A stretch of 61,447 nt of DNA, counting the filler. It is 10 parts of 10 records of this genome, joined end to end, with 100 filler letters (N's around TTAATTAATTAA, not from the genome) between each part and the next. Parts side by side here need not be neighbours in the genome. Positions count along the whole stretch, not along the records: positions 16,807 to 22,426 come from SRR31156797_71129; positions 22,527 to 27,885 come from SRR31156797_71165; positions 27,986 to 36,381 come from SRR31156797_71197; 7 more parts are not named here. One strand, given 5' to 3'. The first letter of the stretch is position 1. Every line of letters starts with the position of its first letter. The notes beneath the pieces were generated by a model. It was not told the DNA's origin. It worked only from the letters and a program-made list of their open reading frames with translations, and ran no database searches. The position numbers and the translations under genes are program-made. Below are positions 21,491 through 28,893 of the stretch, in pieces.

Positions 21491-22426
21491 TTAATGGTTA
21501 TATTTTTTTTCAACATAGGCATTGAGGTCCCGCTGGACACCCGGATCAATTTCAGGCGTAACATAGGATTCAATCCTCTTTTTTACATATTCAGCCGCCC
21601 GGGCAACCATATCGCCGTTGTTTTTGGCGGCCCAATCCTCATAGGTGCTTCTCCGGGTCAGGTTGGCCGGAAAAAAGGCGGTTCTGCATTTCATGGCGGT
21701 TTCAGGCTGCATCATATAGGAACCCGAGGGGCCCACCCGTTTGATCAGATCGGTGTTGATGCTGGCATCGGTGATCTCCAGCGGGGCCACGGCCCGCCTG
21801 ATCATGCCGCAAACCTCTTCGTCAATAACGAATTTTTCAAGGCTGACGGCGGCATAGGCCCCGAGGATACCGCAGGCCTGGTGAATAAAATGGGCACCGG
21901 AAATGACAGGTGCCGCCATGAGCAGGGCCGACTCAATTCCGGCCTGGGCATTGATGGAATAGGCGTCGGTGAGGTTGCCGCCGTACCGGCAGGGCAGACC
22001 GTAGTGCTCGGCCATCTGTGTGGCAATGGCGGTGAGCTGCAGGGATTCGGGGCCGCCCAGGCTGACCCCGCCGGTGCGCATATCCGAGGCACAGGAGGTG
22101 CCGCCGCAGACACAGGGGACCCCCGGGTTGATGAGCTGGGCCAGGGTAATGCCGGCCAGACTTTCGGCCATTTCCTGGGCCGCACTGCCTGCAATGTCAA
22201 TGGGGCCGGTGATGCCTGCCAATACCATGGAGGAAATGAGCAGGGCCTGGCCGTTGCGGGCAAATTCAATGAGCCCTTCCAGGGTATCGTCCGCATAGGA
22301 GAGGGGCGAGAGGGGATTTACCGATACAATGGAAATGGGGTGCTCAAGCTCGGAAGCCTTTTTCCCCCATACAATCTGGGCCATTTCAGCGATTTCCCGG
22401 CCGTTTTCCCTGGCGCAGGGGTTGGA
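21491..22426 (-). CDS. Trimethylamine methyltransferase (MttB) superfamily, non-pyrrolysine; 5'-truncated
   Basis: SPLSY, LAQLINPGVP, DMRTG..GGPE, YGLPCRYGGNLTDA..DAQAG-like motif (NAQAG here), EKFVIDEE; no in-frame TAG. Confidence 0.9.
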   Translation of the reverse strand, partial: SNPCARENGREIAEMAQIVWGKKASELEHPISIVSVNPLSPLSYADDTLEGLIEFARNGQALLISSMVLAGITGPIDIAGSAAQEMAESLAGITLAQLINPGVPCVCGGTSCASDMRTGGVSLGGPESLQLTAIATQMAEHYGLPCRYGGNLTDAYSINAQAGIESALLMAAPVISGAHFIHQACGILGAYAAVSLEKFVIDEEVCGMIRRAVAPLEITDASINTDLIKRVGPSGSYMMQPETAMKCRTAFFPANLTRRSTYEDWAAKNNGDMVARAAEYVKKRIESYVTPEIDPGVQRDLNAYVEKKYNH

Positions 22427-22526
22427 NNNNNNNNNNNNNNNNNNNNNNNNNNNNNNNNNNNNNNNNNNNNTTAATTAATTAANNNNNNNNNNNNNNNNNN
22501 NNNNNNNNNNNNNNNNNNNNNNNNNN
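22427..22526. other. Artificial contig linker 4
   Basis: N-run + TTAATTAATTAA + N-run. Confidence 0.99.
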
Positions 22527-22530
22527 AGGT

Positions 22531-23877
22531 ATGAAAGCATTTCTACTGGCTGCCGGACTTGGAACAAGGCTGAGACCGTTAACGAATAATATCCCAAAAT
22601 GTCTCCTGCCGATCAACGGCAAACCGCTGCTTCAACTGTGGCTTGAACTTCTGGGAAAGCATGGAATTCAGGAAGTCCTGCTCAACACCCATTGGCATGC
22701 GGATAAAGTGGCAGGTTTTGTAGAAGAAGCTGAGAAGGTAAGACAATCAAAAGATCAGGGAGCGCATTTATGGCCCTTGATTCGACTCTTTTATGAGGAA
22801 ATGTTGTTGGGGAGTGCCGGGACCATTTGGAAGAACCGGGATTGGGTTTCGGACGGGAAGCCCTTTTTGATTTTGTACGGCGATAACTTTACCAACATGG
22901 ATTTGAACCGGATGATTCGTTTTCATGAGGGGCACACGAAGCCCTTCACGTTGGGGGTTTTTAGGTCCGAGAGACCCGAAGCGTGTGGAATTGCGGAAAC
23001 TGATGCGGAAGGGGTGGTCACCGGGTTTGTTGAAAAGCCGGAAAACCCGAAATCGGATTTGGCCGCGGCAGGCATCTACGTGGCAGAGGGCAGCCTTTTT
23101 GACTTTTATCCGGGTAATGCCCAAAATATCTGTCCGTTGGATTTAGGATTCCATGTCCTTCCCAATCTGATAGGAAACATGAAGGCATATGTTATTGAAG
23201 ATTTCCTGATGGATATCGGCACGCCCGATTCATACGCAAAAGCGCGGGAAACATATCCGTCTGTTCAGTGGGGTAAAAAAATGAGAGCGTTACAGATGGA
23301 AGACAACACGAAAGATTTTTCTCAAAAATATATCGAGAATCTCAAAGGCGTTTTGGACGGCTTCCCCTATGATCAGTTCGCCCTGTTCATAGACGCCGTG
23401 GTGGAAGCGTATGAAAAGGAAAAACGCATATTCGTCATGGGAAACGGGGGCAGCGGCTCAACTGCGTCTCATTGGGTATGTGATATCAACAAAGGTTGTT
23501 CGCTGAACCGTGAGAAGAGATTCAAGATGATTTGCTTGAATGACAGCATGTCAACCGTTCTGGCATATGGCAATGATTCGGCCTACGACAATATTTTTGT
23601 TGAACAGCTCAAAAACTTTTTTGTCCCCGGAGATGTGGTCATCGGTATCTCGGGAAGCGGGAATTCCAAAAACGTTCTTAAGGCCATCGAGTACGCCGGA
23701 AATAACGGTGGTATCACCGTAGGTTTATGCGGATACTCCGGCGGAACACTCTGCCGTATGGTGGACATCCCGATCCTCGCAAGGGTCGACGATATGCAAC
23801 AGGTGGAAGATGTTCACATGATTGTCGTACACATGTCTATGCAGGCGATTATAAAAGAGCTTGGATGTATTGATTGA
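22531..23877 (+). CDS. Fused sugar-1-phosphate nucleotidyltransferase (HddC-like) + phosphoheptose isomerase (GmhA-like SIS)
   Basis: N-half LAAGLGTRLRPLT..PKCLLPI, FVEKP, DIGTP. C-half GNGGSGSTASH, NDSAYDNIFVEQL, GISGSGNSKNV, QQVEDVH. Confidence 0.88.
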   Translation: MKAFLLAAGLGTRLRPLTNNIPKCLLPINGKPLLQLWLELLGKHGIQEVLLNTHWHADKVAGFVEEAEKVRQSKDQGAHLWPLIRLFYEEMLLGSAGTIWKNRDWVSDGKPFLILYGDNFTNMDLNRMIRFHEGHTKPFTLGVFRSERPEACGIAETDAEGVVTGFVEKPENPKSDLAAAGIYVAEGSLFDFYPGNAQNICPLDLGFHVLPNLIGNMKAYVIEDFLMDIGTPDSYAKARETYPSVQWGKKMRALQMEDNTKDFSQKYIENLKGVLDGFPYDQFALFIDAVVEAYEKEKRIFVMGNGGSGSTASHWVCDINKGCSLNREKRFKMICLNDSMSTVLAYGNDSAYDNIFVEQLKNFFVPGDVVIGISGSGNSKNVLKAIEYAGNNGGITVGLCGYSGGTLCRMVDIPILARVDDMQQVEDVHMIVVHMSMQAIIKELGCID

Positions 23878-23885
23878 CCCGCATC

Positions 23886-23912
23886 TAATTCCGGTAGTTG
23901 CCTTAAAAGATA
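23886..23912 (+). repeat. 27-bp direct repeat, copy 1 (copy 2 at 25387-25413)
   Basis: TAATTCCGGTAGTTGCCTTAAAAGATA versus TAATTCCGGCAGGTGCCTTTAAAGATA, 24/27 identical. Confidence 0.7.
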
Positions 23913-23979
23913 CGCAAGATATCCTCGGATTTCCGTCCTTTTTACCACATCGAATGGAGGAGCCAGACATCCCAGAGGA

Positions 23980-24831
23980 ATGGGTTCTTTAAAGCTAAGC
24001 GTTAAGCTTTTTTGCCTAATCCTCGCAATCACCTTATGCGGCTGCGTACCGGTTCAGGGAGGCGGGGGAAAGGCATTGGCAGACTCATTTTCGGTCATGA
24101 CCTATAATATCTGGGACCTGAACGGAAAACGGCCGGCTGTAGACGATGTGGTGAAGGTCATCAGGAGCGAGGGTGTTCCCGATCTGATCCTGCTGCAGGA
24201 GGTACGGGGGGAAGCCATGGCCCTTAAAATATCAGAGGCATTGGGGCTTTTCCATCACGTTTACCACGGATTTAAGGGGAAGACCTACGGACCGGCCATT
24301 ATCTCACGGGTCCCCCTTTCGGATGTGGGGTTTCTGCATTTCAAGGCCGGCAAATCAAGCCGGGGCGCCCTGATGGCCCACATGGTGGTGAAGGGCCGAA
24401 AGGTGCGGGTCTGTTCCGCGCATCTGGACCGGATCGAATCGGTCAAGGTCCAAAAAGACGGCGTTGAAATATCCTGGGGCGGCGCCCTGGGCATGCTGAC
24501 CCGTGAGATCATGGAGGAGACGGTGCGGAGCCGGTCCGTGGATGAGCTTTTGAACTGGGTAGGATCTGAAAGGGTTATTGTGGGGGGGGATTTCAACACG
24601 GTCCCCTATTCGAAGGCCATCCGCGGGATGGGGACGGTTTTTGAGGATGCCCTGTGGAATTCGCCCGATTATTTTACGGGGACTTACATCAAGAGTACGC
24701 TGCCCGTGGATCCCCGACTCGATTTTCTGTTTTTCTCAAGAGATTTGGAATGCCTGGGGGCATCGGTGGTCAGGCGGAGTGCCGGGGATCATTATCCGGT
24801 GCGGGCCGGATTCATGGTGCAGCCGCTGTAA
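23980..24831 (+). CDS. Endonuclease/exonuclease/phosphatase family protein, probable lipoprotein
   Basis: VMTYNI, DLILLQEV, GGDFN, RLDFLF, GDHYPV; signal peptide with LCGC lipobox-like motif. Confidence 0.88.
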   Translation: MGSLKLSVKLFCLILAITLCGCVPVQGGGGKALADSFSVMTYNIWDLNGKRPAVDDVVKVIRSEGVPDLILLQEVRGEAMALKISEALGLFHHVYHGFKGKTYGPAIISRVPLSDVGFLHFKAGKSSRGALMAHMVVKGRKVRVCSAHLDRIESVKVQKDGVEISWGGALGMLTREIMEETVRSRSVDELLNWVGSERVIVGGDFNTVPYSKAIRGMGTVFEDALWNSPDYFTGTYIKSTLPVDPRLDFLFFSRDLECLGASVVRRSAGDHYPVRAGFMVQPL

Positions 24832-24969
24832 CGTTCATATTCTGGGCTGTTGTTTGATGCCCGGCCGCGCACATCCCAGGGCCGTGGACCACACAAAAGA
24901 GGGGCTTCATAAAATCGTGGGGAAATAAATAGTTTCGTATCGTGTCTTTGGAATTGTGAATAGGTAAAC

Positions 24970-24997
24970 GACGGAGGTCGGATGTCGGGGGTGGGGC
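24970..24997 (+). repeat. Short heptamer array (GTCGGAN type)
   Basis: GACGGAG GTCGGAT GTCGGGG GTGGGGC. Confidence 0.65.
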
Positions 24998-25024
24998 CAT
25001 ATAAGAAACCAGGTGTATTTCAAG

Positions 25025-25324
25025 TTACGATATATTTTTCTCCACAAGGGACAGCTCAATTCGTTTTCCCAGTACAGCCGCGGCTTTGCTGATTGTGGCG
25101 ATGGTCACGTTGTATGCCTCTTCATTGAGTAGACGCTCCAACGATGATCGGCTCGTTTTCATTCGAGTTGCCATCTCTGCTTTTCGAATGCCTTGTTCTG
25201 CCATCATCGTTTTTATCTGGTAAGCGAGTGTTTTTTTCAAGGCGTTCAGCTGGACTTGCTCATAGATGCCTTCTTCCTGAAGAAAATCGTCAAAGCGCTG
25301 CCCTACATGCCGTTTCTTAACCAT
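25025..25324 (-). CDS. XRE/HTH antitoxin-like regulator; cognate toxin apparently deleted
   Basis: HVGQRFDDFLQEEGIYEQV...AEMATRMKTSRSSLERLL..NVTIATISKAAAVLGK. Only a possible toxin C-terminal stub (KSRKRKMEG-stop) remains upstream. Confidence 0.8.
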   Translation of the reverse strand: MVKKRHVGQRFDDFLQEEGIYEQVQLNALKKTLAYQIKTMMAEQGIRKAEMATRMKTSRSSLERLLNEEAYNVTIATISKAAAVLGKRIELSLVEKNIS

Positions 25325-25366
25325 ATCCCTTATCCCTCCATTTTTCTTTTTCTGCTTTTGTCCGGG

Positions 25367-25433
25367 AATTCTGGGGACATCTTATTTAATTCCGGCAGGT
25401 GCCTTTAAAGATAAATAATGTGTCCCCTGAATT
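25367..25433. mobile_element. 67-bp inverted-repeat element (MITE/REP-like) at a double gene-truncation junction
   Basis: AATTCTGGGGACA...TGTCCCCTGAATT (12/13) plus inner TTATTTA/TAAATAA arms. Confidence 0.6.
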
Positions 25434-25438
25434 ATGTT

Positions 25439-25579
25439 GACACCGACAAACCGGACGGTATCCCGCGCAAGCTCCTGGATTGTTCGCTGCTGACGGAACC
25501 GGGCTGGACGGCGAAAATACCCCTGCGTGATGGGATTGCATCCACTTACAGGTGGTTTATTGAGGAAGGTGTCTGTTGA
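25439..25579 (+). pseudogene. fcl: C-terminal remnant of GDP-L-fucose synthase
   Basis: Manual translation DTDKPDGIPRKLLDCSLLTEPGWTAKIPLRDGIASTYRWF...stop matches the Fcl C-terminal KPDGTPRKLLD motif; no N-terminal part is present. Confidence 0.8.
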
Positions 25580-25588
25580 TTGGTGGGG

Positions 25589-25637
25589 GTCGGATGTCGG
25601 AAGTCGGAGATCAGACGTCGGACATCGGATATCAGAA
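25589..25637 (+). repeat. Heptamer tandem array, 7 units
   Basis: GTCGGAT GTCGGAA GTCGGAG ATCAGAC GTCGGAC ATCGGAT ATCAGAA. Confidence 0.88.
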
Positions 25638-25744
25638 ACAGGATGTCATTCCTAAAACCTGCCTAGCACCGCATCCGCTGGTAAGTGCCATAGAAATGCG
25701 CTGAAAAATAGCCGCCCACTCGCCTTCGGCTTTGTTTCAAAGAG

Positions 25745-26889
25745 ATGAAAACCGCAAAATCCGCAACCATAATCATATTTGACCTGCTGATGTTGTACAC
25801 CTCCTTTTTCGGCGTGTTTGTCCATTATGAGGGGTTTGTGGCGGTGCCTTTCCAGGCCAGCGCCCTGATGCTGTTCGTGGCCCTGCTGTGGTTTGTGATC
25901 GCCCTCAACTCTTCCGTTGCCAGCCTGCACATAGAAATTCCCGATGCTGCTGGGGGGCGGCAGGGTGGCGGAAAGGGCGGTGAATCAGATTTTAATGTCC
26001 CGCCACCTGGGGTACCGCCTGTACGGGGTGTTGTCCGAAAACTACCATGAATCCCTGCCCAAGGGGTTTCATCTGGGAGGGATCGATTTTGCGAGGTCGT
26101 GCGATCCGGGGCGGTGGATGAGGTGATAATTGCACTTCCCCTGAGACTGGATGAAATGATTATCGACATGGTGGAAAAATGCAACCAAGAGGGCATCCGG
26201 GTGCGCATCGTGCCCGATTTTTCCGCATCATACACAACCGGGCGGTGCTTGAGCGGCTTGGGGACATTCCCCTTATCGGCATTCGAACGGAACCCTTGAG
26301 CCTGCTCAAAAACAGGGTCCTTAAAAGAACCTTTGACATCGGCTTTTCCCTGACGGTTCTTCTGCTGTTGCTCCCTTTCTTCCTGGTCATCATCCTCCTG
26401 ATCAAACTGACGTCGCCGGGGCCTGTTTTTTTCAAGCAGAACAGGGTCGGGGCCAACAACCGGGAGTTTGAAATGTATAAGTTCAGGAGCATGACGATTC
26501 AGCCCAAAAAAGCCTCCGACACCATCTGGACCACGGCCGACGACAGCCGGGTCACCTGGATCGGCCGGTTTATTCGGAAGGGGAATATCGATGAACTGCC
26601 CCAGTTCTGGAATGTGTTGATCGGCGATATGAGCGTGGTGGGGCCAAGGCCCGAGCGGCAGTATTTTGTGGAGCAGTTCAAAGAGGATATATCGGACTAC
26701 AAGGTGCGGCATCTGGTCAAATCCGGCATCACGGGTTGGGCCCAGGTGAATGGCTGGCGGGGGGATACGTCCATTAAGCGGCGTATTGAATGTGACATTC
26801 AGTACATTGAAAACTGGAGTTTCGTTTTTGATTTGAAGATCATCTGGTTGACGGTGTTTGGGCGGGAGACGAATCGGAATGCGTATTAG
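25745..26889 (+). pseudogene. Undecaprenyl-phosphate glucose phosphotransferase (WcaJ-like), frameshifted
   Basis: Consecutive pieces lie in changing frames: TM N-terminus (25745), LLGGGRVAE..GYRLYG (25944), VDEVIIALP..IRVRIVPDF (26099), then an intact Bac_transf domain KRTFDI..KFRSM..DELPQFWNVLIGDMSVVGPRPE..GITGWAQVNGWRG. Confidence 0.82.
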
Positions 26890-26896
26890 TTCGAAG

Positions 26897-27101
26897 GGCG
26901 GGGGTCGGAGGACAGAGGACGGAAGTCAGATGTCGGAGATCAAATGTCAGAAGTCAGGAAGGGACAGATGTCGGATGTCAAAGGTCGGAGATCGGAGGGT
27001 AAAGACAGATGTCGGAGGTCAGAAGTCGGAGGTCGGGAAGGGACAGTGGGGGAAAAGACAAAGGTCGGAGGGCGGAAAGAGACTGACATCAGATGTCAGA
27101 G
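26897..27101 (+). repeat. Long degenerate heptamer array (about 25 units, consensus GTC(A/G)GA(G/T/A))
   Basis: GTCGGAG GACAGAG GACGGAA GTCAGAT GTCGGAG ATCAAAT GTCAGAA GTCAGGA..., broken by short purine spacers. Confidence 0.9.
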
Positions 27102-27137
27102 GGGCGAGACCGTGCGGTAAAAAAGTCGGATCTGCGG

Positions 27138-27404
27138 CTATTTGAATATCTGAGAATGAGTGCCGATCCTTGTCAACCTGATAATGTCGTCCTCAATGTA
27201 ATATACAACCAATAAGTCTCCACCAATATGAAATTCTCGAAAACCTGAATAATTTCCAATCAGGCTGTGGTCCCTTGCTTCAAGTGGCAACGAATTGTCT
27301 TCCAACAATAAGGATAAACATTTAATATATTTAGCATATTGCTTGTCGGTTGTCTTGAGTTTCCTATAGTCTTTTTTAAAGGTCTTGGTTCGGAATAATT
27401 GCAT
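27138..27404 (-). CDS. yafQ: YafQ-family mRNA interferase toxin
   Basis: TKTFKKDYRK, RDHSLIGNYSGFREFHIGGDLLVVY, LTRIGTHSQIF. Confidence 0.9.
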   Translation of the reverse strand: MQLFRTKTFKKDYRKLKTTDKQYAKYIKCLSLLLEDNSLPLEARDHSLIGNYSGFREFHIGGDLLVVYYIEDDIIRLTRIGTHSQIFK

Positions 27405-27409
27405 AAACG

Positions 27410-27646
27410 TTACTTCTTGAACTCATCCAGAGTAACAAAATCACCTTCTAAGTTTTTTGCCTCTTTCATTGCCTGAACTGTTACATTGTTTGGCATTTTT
27501 ACTTCAAATGGGAGTCCCTTGGTGGAAACAATCATGCTGTTGAAAATATTAATCGCTTGTGAATAAGACAATCCTAGATATTTCAAGATCATTTTAGCTT
27601 GAGTGTAACTATCCTGATCAACCCTTATCGTAGTTTGAGTTTTCAT
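27410..27646 (-). CDS. dinJ: RelB/DinJ-family antitoxin
   Basis: TTIRVD..AKMIL..LGLSYSQAINIF..GLPFEVKMPNNVTVQAMKEA; lies directly upstream of yafQ. Confidence 0.88.
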   Translation of the reverse strand: MKTQTTIRVDQDSYTQAKMILKYLGLSYSQAINIFNSMIVSTKGLPFEVKMPNNVTVQAMKEAKNLEGDFVTLDEFKK

Positions 27647-27681
27647 TGATACACCTCCTAAATCATATTTAGCGTATAAAA

Positions 27682-27710
27682 AATATATCCCGAATGGGAT
27701 ATTTTGTCAA
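27682..27710 (-). promoter_or_regulatory. Sigma-70 promoter of dinJ-yafQ with a palindromic autoregulatory operator
   Basis: Minus strand TTGACA-N17-TATATT; ATATCCC-GAAT-GGGATAT palindrome at 27685-27702 covers the spacer and -10. Confidence 0.75.
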
Positions 27711-27723
27711 GTAGTTTTAAGAT

Positions 27724-27751
27724 GACGGAGGTCGGAGGTCAACGGTGGGGG
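27724..27751 (+). repeat. Short heptamer array
   Basis: GACGGAG GTCGGAG GTCAACG GTGGGGG; closely resembles 24970-24997. Confidence 0.65.
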
Positions 27752-27765
27752 CGCGAAGATAGGGT

Positions 27766-27885
27766 ATGGTAACTGAACGGATTAACTCGGCGAAAGATTT
27801 GAGGGTTTATCAAAAGGCGTATGCATTGGGCATGGAGATTTTCAGGCTGAGTAGAAATCGTAGGCCGTATCATGATCAGGGTGCA
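27766..27885 (+). CDS. Four-helix-bundle protein (23S rRNA IVP-like family), N-terminal part only
   Basis: Manual translation MVTERINSAKDLRVYQKAYALGMEIFRLSR, the typical DLxVYQKA..L..EIF..S start. It departs from the usual FPKEE continuation just before the contig end. Confidence 0.75.
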
Positions 27886-27985
27886 NNNNNNNNNNNNNNN
27901 NNNNNNNNNNNNNNNNNNNNNNNNNNNNNTTAATTAATTAANNNNNNNNNNNNNNNNNNNNNNNNNNNNNNNNNNNNNNNNNNNN
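27886..27985. other. Artificial contig linker 5
   Basis: N-run + TTAATTAATTAA + N-run. Confidence 0.99.
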
Positions 27986-28187
27986 ACTGTCTTTTCGCCC
28001 AATCTCTTCGTTATGATGAAAAAATAATCCTCAGAATATCAAACATATGCCTGCGGTTATTTTTTCATCATGCCTCGACATTAAACGAAAATCCTAGTAA
28101 ATCAACTGACTCATAACTCTCTCCGGTGATGCATAACTTTGTATCACCGGAGCAGTCATTTTTACATTCACCAGAATCTGCAGGCAC

Positions 28188-28790
28188 ATGCTTACCACGC
28201 TTTTCCTTTGGACACTCTGGTGTCTGTTCCACAGCCTCTTCATCCACCCATCGGTGCAAAACAGGCTATATGCATGGAGCAGTAGTCTCACTCCTGGAAC
28301 CTACCGCCTGTATTACGTCCTGTTTTCCCTGATAAGCCTGGTACCTGTAGTGAGTTACACCCTCCTCCAGGAGCAGACGGTTCTCTTTGCTTTTTCTGGA
28401 GCCTGGCGAATAGTGCAGATACTCCTGCTCAGCTACGGGGCACTGATGTTTTACCTGGGAAGTCATGCCTATGACATGTCTTTTTTTCTTGGGTTGAAAC
28501 AGTGGCAGGATTTTCGTAAGGGAAGGACGCAGCGGAAAATTGAATTTCACCACAGCGGTATTTTAAAATACGTTCGGCACCCCTGGTACAGTGGCGGAAT
28601 TGCCTTGTTATGGGCAACAAATTCCCTGACAACGGTGAGCCTGCCGGTAAGGGGTCTCCTTACCGGTTATTTTATTATCGGGACCATACTGGAAGAAAGA
28701 CGATTGAAAAAGGAACTGGGGCAGCAATATATTGAATATTGTCGGAAAGTGCCCATGCTCCTCCCTTGGAAATTATTCAGAACCCCTTAA
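28188..28790 (+). CDS. Isoprenylcysteine carboxylmethyltransferase/NnrU-like membrane methyltransferase
   Basis: W..FHSL, YRLYY, FLGLKQ, YVRHPWY, EERRL, Y.EYCRKVPML. Confidence 0.78.
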   Translation: MLTTLFLWTLWCLFHSLFIHPSVQNRLYAWSSSLTPGTYRLYYVLFSLISLVPVVSYTLLQEQTVLFAFSGAWRIVQILLLSYGALMFYLGSHAYDMSFFLGLKQWQDFRKGRTQRKIEFHHSGILKYVRHPWYSGGIALLWATNSLTTVSLPVRGLLTGYFIIGTILEERRLKKELGQQYIEYCRKVPMLLPWKLFRTP

Positions 28791-28893
28791 TCATTTTTTC
28801 TCACTAACCTTTTGTACGGGCATATCAAAAAACCTGACATCCCCCTCCAGAGATGACAAATAACCTCGCCTTCCCTCAACCTGTAACTGATCA

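Noticed and set aside
21491-22426. Pyrrolysine-containing MttB
   Set aside because: The visible ORF has no in-frame TAG and the expected position is Leu.
26897-27101. Possible CRISPR array
   Set aside because: The period is 7 bp with degenerate units; there are no conserved 23-50 bp repeats with unique spacers and no cas genes.
26858-27145. 95-aa ORF MGGRRIGMR...
   Set aside because: It is the translation of the heptamer array and overlaps the genes on both sides.
27766-27885. Diversity-generating retroelement, suggested by the Avd-like fold family
   Set aside because: No reverse transcriptase or TR/VR pair is visible on this contig.
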